Shown here: positions 12,317 through 20,710 of the stretch, one piece after another
Layout of the letters: each line of letters begins with the position of its first letter
Position numbering within the stretch: the first letter of the stretch is position 1
Assembly (NCBI GenBank): GCA_040256005.1
Contig: JBDZWC010000043.1
Span: forward strand, 1-20,839
Direction of reading: 5' to 3'
DNA length: 20,839 bases
Origin: Deinococcaceae bacterium
GTDB taxonomy: Bacteria > Deinococcota > Deinococci > Deinococcales > Trueperaceae
The notes under the pieces: generated by a model
The model's database searches: none
Seen by the model: the letters and a program-made list of their open reading frames with translations, nothing else
What the model was told of the DNA's origin: nothing
Position numbers and translations under genes: made by a program

Positions 12317-13897
12317 TCACTCGGTCGTGAAGCTTCTGCCCCCCGCCGCTGCCAATCCACCGTCTTCGGTCAGGCTGGCACCGCCGCTCAACATGTACTG
12401 AAGCTGAATTAGGTCGGCGACCCAACCCTCCTCCGCCAGGTCGTCTACCGTCGCGAGCTTGGGGGTCACGATCACCTGCCAGTCGAAGGACGCGGCGGCA
12501 GGGAGCGGGAGGCCGAAGCCGGAAAGGTCGGGGATGCTGGCCTGGTCGTCGTTGGTTGAGACCAGGATCGAGGTGTTCAGCTCGGAGAACAAGAAGGTGA
12601 CGGCCGAACCCGAAGGGTTGTTCACGCGGAACTGCGTCGACGTGTCGACGCCGGTCGCGCCGTCGGCCGGCGCCAAGTAGGTCACCGCATTCGGCATCAC
12701 GAGGTTCAGGTCGGCCGCGCCTACCTCGCCCACGGTCCAACCGTAGACCTGGCTCTCCGTGCCTTGTGCCAAGGCGACCAAAGCGGCTGTGGTGCCAGGA
12801 ACGTCCGGAAGCGTGACGGAGTACATGTCGGACGGGACGGGGCCTGGGAAGTTGGCGCCGCCGTACTGTCCGTAGTTGTAGACGACCGCGGAGCCGCTCA
12901 AGGGCACGCCGGCCGGCGGGGTGATGGTGACGTCCAGGGTGGTGGCATCCGGTCCCGCGCCCAGGGCCACGTCGGCGAGCGCCGGCACACCATCGGAGAT
13001 GTTGACGGCCGTCTGGCCCGCGGATGCGAAACCGGTGGTCTCGCCGTCGCCGTCCACATCGACGACCCAGGCCCTCACCCTGGCCGACGCCGTGGCTGCC
13101 CCGGTCCAGTTCACGGTGATCGAGTACGCCGTGTTCGTCGGGTCCACCTGGTCGCAGCCACCGATGATCTGGTGGTCGATCCCCTCCACGCAGACGACGC
13201 CCACCTGGTTGGCCCCCACGGGAGCGGAGAGGTCTCCCGAGACCGACGTGCCGTTCGGGGTGGCTCCGAAGTCGGTTATCGACATCAGCGTGAGGTCGGT
13301 CGTCGTCAGCCCTTCGTAGACGTGGGCCCAGCCTTCCACCGCATCGAACACGACGAGGTCGTAGGGGATCGCTACGTCCGGCCCCTCGAACTCCCCGTTG
13401 GCGTCGGAGACGACCGGCGTGTCGCCGTCGATCGCGACGCTGGCGCCGGCGACGGCCTCCCCGAGCGCGTTGGTGACCCGTCCGGTGACGGTGAGCAGCT
13501 GCGTCTCCACCGTGACCTCGTCGCTCGAGGTGAGGCCGGTCCCGACGGCCGTCACGGTCAGCGTGAAGCTGGTGGCCGCAGCCGCAGGGCCGTCGCCGTC
13601 GGTGCTGACCGTCATCGTGCTGGTGAGCGTGTCTCCGGACAACGTCGGCGGGGCGAACGCCACGCTCACCCAGTCGGGGGCGCCGTCGGCGTCCAGCGTC
13701 ACGTCAGCCGTGGCGCCGCCCAGGCGGGTCAGCGCGACCTCGGTGCTCGCCGAGCCGCCCACTAGGATCTGTATGGTCGTGTCTCCCAGTTGGACGTTGA
13801 TCGCTGGCGACGGTCCGCAGGCCGCCAGGAACAGCACTGCGAGAAGCGTTGGCGCGACCGACCGACGCAAGTGAGCCTTAGTGAGGTGTCGTGTCAT
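12317..13897 (-). CDS. Surface lipoprotein paralog A
   Basis: AGGAGG-CTCC-ATG; lipobox LAA-C-GP; GAPDWV, DANGEF..IPYDLVV, VSGDLSAPVGANQ, VCVEG..C, PADGATGV; ends RSFTTE. Confidence 0.85.
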   Translation of the reverse strand: MTRHLTKAHLRRSVAPTLLAVLFLAACGPSPAINVQLGDTTIQILVGGSASTEVALTRLGGATADVTLDADGAPDWVSVAFAPPTLSGDTLTSTMTVSTDGDGPAAAATSFTLTVTAVGTGLTSSDEVTVETQLLTVTGRVTNALGEAVAGASVAIDGDTPVVSDANGEFEGPDVAIPYDLVVFDAVEGWAHVYEGLTTTDLTLMSITDFGATPNGTSVSGDLSAPVGANQVGVVCVEGIDHQIIGGCDQVDPTNTAYSITVNWTGAATASARVRAWVVDVDGDGETTGFASAGQTAVNISDGVPALADVALGAGPDATTLDVTITPPAGVPLSGSAVVYNYGQYGGANFPGPVPSDMYSVTLPDVPGTTAALVALAQGTESQVYGWTVGEVGAADLNLVMPNAVTYLAPADGATGVDTSTQFRVNNPSGSAVTFLFSELNTSILVSTNDDQASIPDLSGFGLPLPAAASFDWQVIVTPKLATVDDLAEEGWVADLIQLQYMLSGGASLTEDGGLAAAGGRSFTTE

Positions 13898-13936
13898 GGA
13901 GCCTCCTGTGGCACTGCTCGAAATGTGCGCCCGGCG

Positions 13937-13993
13937 ACATTAGGAGACGGGAGGCGCGTGGGCCATGGAGTACTCCACACGTACGAGGACCGG
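13937..13993 (-). promoter_or_regulatory. Putative promoter of paralog A: -10 TAATGT plus conserved upstream 18-bp motif
   Basis: TAATGT at 13942-13937; motif CACACGTACGAGGACCGG (+ strand 13976-13993). Confidence 0.55.
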
Positions 13994-14056
13994 GCCCACT
14001 TCAGGGCAGTCGTCGCGTCCTGCCTCCGCAGCCGTGTGCTGCGCCGCGGCGCGAAG

Positions 14057-15775
14057 TCAGGACGACGGCTCCGCCTGACGGTCCGCTACCAGCTCTACCG
14101 CCGCCGCTATCGCCTGGTCCGTCGTCGGGAAGTCGTAGCGCCCGTTGCCGGTCACCTCGTCGTAGAGGCCCATGCGCTTGAGTACGGTGGCGGGTTGGGG
14201 CTGCAAGGCCGACAGCAGGAGCAGGCCGCCGCGGCGGGCGAGTCGTTCCCGCAGCGCCTGCAGCGCGGTCGCGCCGGTCGCGTCGAGGACCGGCACCTTG
14301 CGTAGCCTCAGCACGACGACGCGGATGTCCTTGTCCACCTTGAGCATCTGATCGATGAAGCGCTCGGCGGCGCCGAAGAAGATGGGGCCCTCGACGCGGA
14401 AGGCGACGACGTGGTCCTTCACGCGCTCGAGTTCGGACGCGTCCCGCTCCGTCATGAGCGGGGCGACGTCGGTGCCGGCGAGGTTCAGCGGGTCCACCTT
14501 GAAGACCGAGCTCATGCGCACGATGAAGAGGATCGCTGCCGCGACGAGGCCTACCTCGATCGCGAGGATCAGGTCGAAGAGCACCGTGATCACCAGCGTG
14601 AGCAACATGACGAAGGCGTCGGACTTTGTGCTGCGCAGGATGAGCACCGAGGCATGGTGCTCCACCATCCGCACCGCGACGACCATCAGGATCCCGCCGA
14701 GCACCGCCAGCGGAACGCGCGCGGCCAGCGGCGCGAGGAACAGCACGATGGCGAGGAGAGTAGCCGCATGGATCATCGCGGCCAGGCGCGTCTTGGCGCC
14801 TGACCTCACGTTGACGGCCGTGCGGGCGAGCGCGGCGGTGGACGGTATGCCGCCGAACACGCCCGCCACCATGTTGCCGATGCCCTGCCCGACCAGCTCC
14901 CTGTCCGGGTCGTGCTTGGCTCCCACCGTCATGCCGTCCGCCACTACCGCGCACAGCAGGCTCTCCAAGGCGGCCAGCACGGCGATGGCGAGGGCGGCCC
15001 TGAACAGGTCGACCAGCCCGTCCCCGGTGGGGAGAGCTGGAAGCGTCGGCAGTGGGAGGCTTCTGGGCAGTGTGCCGATGCGCGCCACGCCCTCGAGGGC
15101 GGGCAGCAAGGACATCAGGCTGACGGTCACGAGCGCCCCCATGCTGGCCGGTACCGCCGCGAGCGCACGGACCCGGCCCCACGCCAGCATCACGACCGCC
15201 GTCGTCGCGCCCAAGATCAAAGGCAGGTACGAAGGGGCCTCGAGCCATCTCTGGATGGTGCGTCCGGCCAGCAGGAGGATGCTCTCGGCCGGTTCCTGTT
15301 GCACGCCGAGGACCCCTGGCAACTGTTGCAGGAAGATGATGACCGCGATGCCGTTCGTGAAGCCTGTGACCACAGGCCACGGCATGAACCTGACGTAGCG
15401 CCCGATGCCCAGGAAGCCGAGGAGGACGAGGATCGACCCAGCAGCCAGGCCCAGTAGCGGCAGAGCACCTGGGCCGTGACTGGCTACTATGCCAAGGAGC
15501 ACGGCCGTCATCGCCCCCGTGGGCCCGGTCACCTGGAACCGCGACCCGCCGAACAGCGCAGCCGCGAAGCCAGCCGTTATCGCCGTTACGACGCCCGCGG
15601 CGGCGCCGGCACCGGACGTGACGCCGAAACCGAGGGCCAGGGGCAACGCCACGAAGGCGACCGTGAGGCCGGCCAGGAGGTCGCTCCTGAAGTGCCTGAG
15701 ATCGTAGTCACCGCGGCTCGGCAGGAACCGGCGCCAACTGGGCTGGCTGGCCTCCCGCACGGGCTGGACGCTCAT
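14057..15775 (-). CDS. SulP/SLC26-family anion permease with C-terminal STAS domain
   Basis: DLLAGLTVAFVALPLALGFG, GGSRFQVTGPTGAM, ELVGQGIGN, RTAVNVRSGAKTR, and STAS (FRVEGPIFFG...LRLRKVPVLDATG). Start at ATG 15775, which overlaps the xth stop (ATGA). Confidence 0.93.
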   Translation of the reverse strand: MSVQPVREASQPSWRRFLPSRGDYDLRHFRSDLLAGLTVAFVALPLALGFGVTSGAGAAAGVVTAITAGFAAALFGGSRFQVTGPTGAMTAVLLGIVASHGPGALPLLGLAAGSILVLLGFLGIGRYVRFMPWPVVTGFTNGIAVIIFLQQLPGVLGVQQEPAESILLLAGRTIQRWLEAPSYLPLILGATTAVVMLAWGRVRALAAVPASMGALVTVSLMSLLPALEGVARIGTLPRSLPLPTLPALPTGDGLVDLFRAALAIAVLAALESLLCAVVADGMTVGAKHDPDRELVGQGIGNMVAGVFGGIPSTAALARTAVNVRSGAKTRLAAMIHAATLLAIVLFLAPLAARVPLAVLGGILMVVAVRMVEHHASVLILRSTKSDAFVMLLTLVITVLFDLILAIEVGLVAAAILFIVRMSSVFKVDPLNLAGTDVAPLMTERDASELERVKDHVVAFRVEGPIFFGAAERFIDQMLKVDKDIRVVVLRLRKVPVLDATGATALQALRERLARRGGLLLLSALQPQPATVLKRMGLYDEVTGNGRYDFPTTDQAIAAAVELVADRQAEPSS

Positions 15776-16533
15776 AGGTCGTAGTCCACGACGACGGGTG
15801 CGTGGTCGGACAGCACCGGAGAGCGCAGTACCTCGAAGGCCGTCGCACGTTCCGCCGCGTCGGGCGTGGCGAGCTGGTAGTCCAGGCGCCACCCCACGTT
15901 GCGCTCCCTGGCGCCGGCTCGCAGCGTCCACCAGGTGTAGACCTCGGACTCGTCGCCTGCCAGGTTCCGCACCACGTCGACGAGCCCCACATCCAGCAGG
16001 TGCGAGAACCACTCGCGCTCCTCCGGCAGGAAGCCTGAGGTCTTCTGGTTCGAACGCCAGTTCTTCAGGTCGACCTGTCTGTGGGCGATGTTCATGTCGC
16101 CGCACACGACCAGGGGACGCCCCGAGGCGGCCAAGCCCCCAACGAACCCCAGGAAGTGGTCCAGGAACGCCATCTTCACGGCCTGCCGCGCCGGCCCCAT
16201 CGTTCCGGACGGGACGTAGACGTTGAGCACGGAGACGCCTCCTACGTCGGTGACGAGCACGCGGCCCTCACTGTCGAACTCGGTGCGCCCGCTGCCCGCC
16301 GCTACCCGACTCGGCCGCGCGAGGGTAAGGGTGCCGACACCGCTGTAACCGGCCCTGGCCGCGGGGTGCCAGTTCTCATGGTAGGCGTTGCCGACGAGGC
16401 CGGAGGCCTGTTCAGGGCTGGCTCTGACCTCCTGAAGGCAGACGATGTCGGCCGAGACGTCGCCCAAGACGCCTCCCAACCCTCGGCGGGCGGCAGAGCG
16501 CAAGCCGTTGACGTTGAGGCTGACCACTCTCAC
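15772..16533 (-). CDS. xth: Exodeoxyribonuclease III / AP endonuclease
   Basis: SLNVNGLRS, DIVCLQEVR, GYSGV, EGRV, NVYVPSG, CGDMNIAH, SGFLPEER, YTWW, GWRLDY, SDHAPV. Start at GTG 16533 (253 aa). Confidence 0.95.
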   Translation of the reverse strand: MRVVSLNVNGLRSAARRGLGGVLGDVSADIVCLQEVRASPEQASGLVGNAYHENWHPAARAGYSGVGTLTLARPSRVAAGSGRTEFDSEGRVLVTDVGGVSVLNVYVPSGTMGPARQAVKMAFLDHFLGFVGGLAASGRPLVVCGDMNIAHRQVDLKNWRSNQKTSGFLPEEREWFSHLLDVGLVDVVRNLAGDESEVYTWWTLRAGARERNVGWRLDYQLATPDAAERATAFEVLRSPVLSDHAPVVVDYDL

Positions 16534-16616
16534 GCGCCAGATACTCGCACTTCCGGCGGCCTGCCGCGCTGGGCTCGGCCGAAATGTGACATTCATCGTG
16601 CAGCACGCATGTCCCG

Positions 16617-16625
16617 TGTTAGCGT
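16617..16625 (+). promoter_or_regulatory. Extended -10 (TG-T-TAGCGT) of the TPR gene
   Basis: TAGCGT at 16620-16625 is 5 nt before the GTG at 16631. Confidence 0.55.
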
Positions 16626-16630
16626 GAGGC

Positions 16631-18040
16631 GTGATCTTCAGGCGGGGCCGGACCGCGCCGCTCGAGTCGGCGCAGCAAGCGCTCGCTCAGGGCGAGTACG
16701 ACCTGGCGTTGTCCATGCTGGAGACCGCGGCCCGCAAGGCCGCCCGGCAGGGACAGGGCCAGGCCTGGCTGCAGCTCGCCGCCCTCTACGCGCTCTACGG
16801 CGAAGACGGCATCGAGAACGGCATGCCGGCACTCAGGTCGGCCGTCTCGGCTGACGCCAGTCTCGCCACGCACCCGCTCTACCGCGCCCTGTTCTGGGAG
16901 TTCGCCGCGTACCGCGGCGGTTCGGTCGGCGACGTCAAGCGCGGTCTCAAGGACGTGGACGAGAGCAACCCGCTGGCAGCGTACCACGCGGCCTCTGCGC
17001 TGTTTGCCGTCGACGCTCCCAAGAGCGCCGGCCGCCGTCTGACGGAGGTGCGCGAGGCTCAACTACCCGTCTACCTGCGCTGGCGACGCTGGTCGCTGCT
17101 GGGCCAGTGCCAGGAGGCCATGGGCGAGTGGGAGGCTGCCGCCGAGGCTTTCACGTGCGCCGTCGAGGCAGCCCCGCCGGCCGAGCGCGAGCCGGAGCGG
17201 CTCAGCCTGGCAGGAGCGCTCGTCGAGCTGGGCCGTACCGAGGAGGCCGTGACGTGCCTGGGGGCGGTCGACGAGACACGTCTCAGGCCTGAGGAGATGG
17301 CGGTGCACCGCTACCTCCTGGGGCGTGCGCACCTCGAACTGGGCAACCCCAACAGGGCTCTGGAGCTCCTCACCGAGGCTCGGGCTGCTGGTCAGGAAGC
17401 AGAGGGTCACGGCGACCCCAGCTACAGCGTCACCTTCGCCACCGGTCAGGCGCTCTCTTCGTTGGGCCGCAACCGCGAGGCGTTGGCCGAGTTCGGCAGG
17501 GCACTGGAGCTGGCGCCGGCCGAGCACCGGGCCTACACGCAGCACGAAGCGGCCTACGCCATGATCGAGTGTGACGAGCTCGAGGGCGCAGAGGCCCTAC
17601 TGTCCGAGGTGGTCAGCGACCCCAGCTACCCGCACAGGGGAGAGGCGCTGGCCGACCTTGCGGACGTCCGTCTGCGCAGCGGTGACTTCGGGGGCGCGCA
17701 GCTGGCGGCGGAGCAGGCGCTGGAGCTGGGCGCTTCGGCGGCGGCTTGCCTCACGCTCGGCAACATCGCCTACGAGTACTACCGGCTCGAGGACGCCTCC
17801 AGTTGGTTCGAGCAGGCGGTGGGATCGAGCCAAGCGGGTGACCCGTACTGGGTCTCTGCGCACCAGATGCTGGCCGACGTCTACGCCCAGATGGGCGACC
17901 AGTACGCGTCGCGGGTCCTCACTCACGCCAAAGCGGCGCTGGACCACACCGAGCCCTCCAGCGAGTGGTACCTGCCGCTCACGCAGTACCTCGCTCAGGC
18001 CCGCCAGTCCCTGGGCGGCCACGACCGCCTCCTCAACTGA
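16631..18040 (+). CDS. Tetratricopeptide-repeat protein, function unknown
   Basis: Repeated TPR-like patterns (LLGQCQEAMGEWEAAAEAF, LLGRAHLELGNPNRALELL, GQALSSLGRNREALAEFGRALELAP, LGNIAYEYYRLEDA); no signal peptide. Confidence 0.85.
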   Translation: MIFRRGRTAPLESAQQALAQGEYDLALSMLETAARKAARQGQGQAWLQLAALYALYGEDGIENGMPALRSAVSADASLATHPLYRALFWEFAAYRGGSVGDVKRGLKDVDESNPLAAYHAASALFAVDAPKSAGRRLTEVREAQLPVYLRWRRWSLLGQCQEAMGEWEAAAEAFTCAVEAAPPAEREPERLSLAGALVELGRTEEAVTCLGAVDETRLRPEEMAVHRYLLGRAHLELGNPNRALELLTEARAAGQEAEGHGDPSYSVTFATGQALSSLGRNREALAEFGRALELAPAEHRAYTQHEAAYAMIECDELEGAEALLSEVVSDPSYPHRGEALADLADVRLRSGDFGGAQLAAEQALELGASAAACLTLGNIAYEYYRLEDASSWFEQAVGSSQAGDPYWVSAHQMLADVYAQMGDQYASRVLTHAKAALDHTEPSSEWYLPLTQYLAQARQSLGGHDRLLN

Positions 18041-18150
18041 CAGCCGCGCCGGCTGCCTCGTGATCGGATCGCGTTTCAGGCTCGCGCCCGGCGCCCGTAT
18101 GCCGCGACATCGCCGCGGGCACGGGCGGTGCCGGCCCGTGACGACCGGTC

Positions 18151-18156
18151 TACCCT
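18151..18156 (+). promoter_or_regulatory. -10 element (TACCCT) of the leaderless NFACT gene
   Basis: 6 nt before the GTG at 18163; no SD sequence. Confidence 0.6.
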
Positions 18157-18162
18157 GACGCC

Positions 18163-19806
18163 GTGGAGGGGCTCCTCATCGCCGAGCAGCTGCGCCGCCT
18201 CTCCGGCGGCTTCCCGTACACGCGCTCGAGCTGGTCGTTCCCGGACGAGCGCACCGCGGTGCTGCCCCTGGCCAGAGGCCTGACGATCGTGATCCGCACA
18301 GCGCGGCCGGCTCCCGGCCTCGAGGTGACGAGCTCGCCGGCTCCTCCCCGGGCGGGACCGCGGACCGCCTTCCAACGCCAGCTGGCGGCCAGAGCCGGCG
18401 GCGACCTCGAGGCCGCAGAGCAGCTCGCTCTCGACCGCGTGGTGCGGCTGAGCTTCGCGGCTTCCGGAGGCTTCGTGCCCGAGCCGCCGGTGACGCTCGT
18501 CGCCGAGCTCACAGGCAAGAACGCGAACCTGGTCCTGTTGGACGAACGCGACACGATCATCGGCGTCGAGAGGCCGGTGACGTCTGAGCACAACCGTTTC
18601 AGGCAGCTGCGGACCGGCCTGCGGTACGTCCCGCCCCCACCGTACGCGAAGCTCGATCCGCGCGCCGCGAGCCTCGAGGAGCTGCGTGCGACCTTGGACG
18701 GCAAGCGGTTGACGGACGTCAGGAACGTGGTCGACGGCATCGGCCCTCGGCTCCAGGCCGCGCTGGTGGCCGCGCTAAAGGACGAAGTCGGCGCCAGCGG
18801 CGACTCCCTCCTGGAGGCCCAGCTCCTCGACATCGTGGTGGCCGAACTGAGAGCGCTGGTCGAGCAGCCCGCGCGCTTCCTACATGCAACGGGCGTGAAC
18901 GGCCGCGCCGGCGGACACGAGGAGCGGCCAGGAGCCCTCGCGAGACGGCCCCTCGAGAGGTCAGCCCAGCGCACCCTGACCGCGGCGTTGAGACTGGCCC
19001 GGCGCCGCGTCGCGGATGCCGAGAGGGCGCTCGCAGACGAGGACGCCGCCGCCCGCCTACGCGCCGAGGCTGACCTGCTCCTCGCCACCGGGAGCGCTTG
19101 GCGTCTGGAAGGATCGATCGCCACCTTGGAGGGCCTGGACGGTGAGGCCGTACGGCTGGAGGTAGATCCCAGCCGAGACGCCGCCGGCAACGCCCAGCTG
19201 CGCTACGACCGCGCCAGGCGCCGGGAGGCGCGTCGCGAGCGTGCCGCGGAGCAGCTGCCGGGCCTGCGGCGCGAGGTGACGCGGTTGGAGAGGCTGGTAT
19301 CCGGAGCGGAAGCCATGACCGACGAACAGTTGGCGGCGCTGACCGGTGACCTGGGAGGCGCCGAGACTCGCCCGGATGCCCGTCGGCGCAGCGACGGCAG
19401 TGGCCGGGCGACTCCAGGGGTGCGGTTCACCGATCCGAGGGGCTTCGAGGTCGTGGTGGGCCGCAACGCCCGCGAGAACGACGCCGTGACCTTCCAGGTG
19501 GCGCGCTCACGCGATGTGTGGCTTCACGCCCAGGGCTACCGGGGTGCTCACGTCGTGATCCGTTCGGGCGGGGCGAGCGTGCCGTTCGAGACGGTTCTCT
19601 TCGCGGCCCGGCTGGCGGCGGGCTTCTCGGAGGCCCGGCATTCGAGCAACGTGCCCGTCGACTACACGGAACGAAAGAACGTGTGGCGCGTCAAGGGCGC
19701 TCCGCCCGGGACCGTGAACTTCACGCAGCAGAAGACCGTCTACGTCGACCCGGCGCGCGACGACGCCGCTGCCGAAGGCTCGTCTACGCTCGGCCCGCCG
19801 AACTGA
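18163..19806 (+). CDS. rqcH: NFACT-family protein (RqcH/Rqc2 ribosome quality-control factor, FbpA/PavA-like)
   Basis: NFACT-N motifs (LDRVVRL, ELTGKNANLVL, YVPPP), HhH (GIGPRL), a coiled coil (NAQLRYDRARR), and NFACT-R (VGRNARENDAVTF, DVWLHAQGYRGAHV, VDYTERKNVWR). Confidence 0.88.
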   Translation: MEGLLIAEQLRRLSGGFPYTRSSWSFPDERTAVLPLARGLTIVIRTARPAPGLEVTSSPAPPRAGPRTAFQRQLAARAGGDLEAAEQLALDRVVRLSFAASGGFVPEPPVTLVAELTGKNANLVLLDERDTIIGVERPVTSEHNRFRQLRTGLRYVPPPPYAKLDPRAASLEELRATLDGKRLTDVRNVVDGIGPRLQAALVAALKDEVGASGDSLLEAQLLDIVVAELRALVEQPARFLHATGVNGRAGGHEERPGALARRPLERSAQRTLTAALRLARRRVADAERALADEDAAARLRAEADLLLATGSAWRLEGSIATLEGLDGEAVRLEVDPSRDAAGNAQLRYDRARRREARRERAAEQLPGLRREVTRLERLVSGAEAMTDEQLAALTGDLGGAETRPDARRRSDGSGRATPGVRFTDPRGFEVVVGRNARENDAVTFQVARSRDVWLHAQGYRGAHVVIRSGGASVPFETVLFAARLAAGFSEARHSSNVPVDYTERKNVWRVKGAPPGTVNFTQQKTVYVDPARDDAAAEGSSTLGPPN

Positions 19807-20704
19807 ACAGGCGCATCCGCTCGGCCACCACCGTCCGCATCTCCTGGCGCGCCGGTCCGAGGATCTTGCGCGGGTCGAACTCCTGCGGCGTCGTCCCCAG
19901 CGTCTCGCGCACGCTCGTCGTGAACGCCAGGCGCAGGTCCGTGTCCGTGTTGACCTTGGAGATGCCGTGCCGCACGGCTTTCTCGACGTCTTCCGGGTGG
20001 ATGCCGACGGCCCCCTCCATCTGCCCACCGGTACGCGTGAAGCGGGAAACGAGCTCGTTGGGCACGCCCGAAGCGCCATGCAGCACCAGCGGCGCGGCCA
20101 CGAGCCGGGAGATCGCCTGCAGCCGCTCATGGTCTATGAACGGCCGCCCCTTGCCCTTGTACGCGCCGTGCGAGGTGCCTATGGCCACCGCCAGGTAGTC
20201 GGCGCCGCTGCGCTCCATGAAGCGTGCCGCCTCCTCGGGCTTGGTGAGGGCAGCGTCCTCTGCGCTCACGTCCACGTGGTCCTCGATTCCGGCCAGACGC
20301 CCGATCTCCGCCTCCACCGTGACGCCGACGGCGTGGGCCGCGGCGACGACGCGGGCCGTCTCGCGCACGTTCGTCTCCTCGTCCTCGTGTGACATGTCGA
20401 TCATCACGGACGTGAAGCCCCACCGCAGGGCCTTGATGCACGACTCGTAGGAAGAGCCATGGTCGAGATGGATGGCCACGGGCACCGTTGCCTGCGAAGC
20501 GAGGTGCTTGACCACCGAGACCAGTGCGTCACCGCCGAACGTCAGCGAACCCTCTGACAGCGAGACGATGACCGGGCTACGCGCGTCGTGCGCCGCGCCC
20601 AGGATGGCCTGGGTGACCTCCATGTCGTGCGTGTTGAAGGCGCCCACCGCGTAACCGTTCGCGCGGGCTGGCGCGAGCACGTCGAGCCCAGAGACGAGTC
20701 CCAT
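19784..20704 (-). CDS. fba: Class II fructose-1,6-bisphosphate aldolase
   Basis: GYAVGAFN, HLDHG, GFTSVMID, VEAEIG, LAVAIGTSHGAYK, LVLHGASG, KVNTDTDLR, FDPRKIL. Confidence 0.96.
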   Translation of the reverse strand: MGLVSGLDVLAPARANGYAVGAFNTHDMEVTQAILGAAHDARSPVIVSLSEGSLTFGGDALVSVVKHLASQATVPVAIHLDHGSSYESCIKALRWGFTSVMIDMSHEDEETNVRETARVVAAAHAVGVTVEAEIGRLAGIEDHVDVSAEDAALTKPEEAARFMERSGADYLAVAIGTSHGAYKGKGRPFIDHERLQAISRLVAAPLVLHGASGVPNELVSRFTRTGGQMEGAVGIHPEDVEKAVRHGISKVNTDTDLRLAFTTSVRETLGTTPQEFDPRKILGPARQEMRTVVAERMRLFSSAGRA

Positions 20705-20710
20705 GCAGGA

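Noticed and set aside
13860..13870. Twin-arginine (Tat) motif in the paralog A signal peptide (LRRSVA)
   Set aside because: Poor match to S/T-R-R-x-F-L-K and not shared by paralogs B and C.
8600..14056. Lipoprotein block as a mobile element, DGR target or shufflon
   Set aside because: No integrase, transposase, invertase or reverse transcriptase, no flanking direct repeats or tRNA, and no near-identical TR/VR pair was seen.
15776..16105. 110-aa N-terminal extension of the SulP ORF
   Set aside because: It lies inside xth in another frame; the ATGA-coupled start at 15775 gives a normal-sized SulP.
18120..18140. CACGGGC/GCCCGTG hairpin between the TPR gene and rqcH
   Set aside because: A 7-bp GC stem without a U-tract is expected by chance at this GC content.
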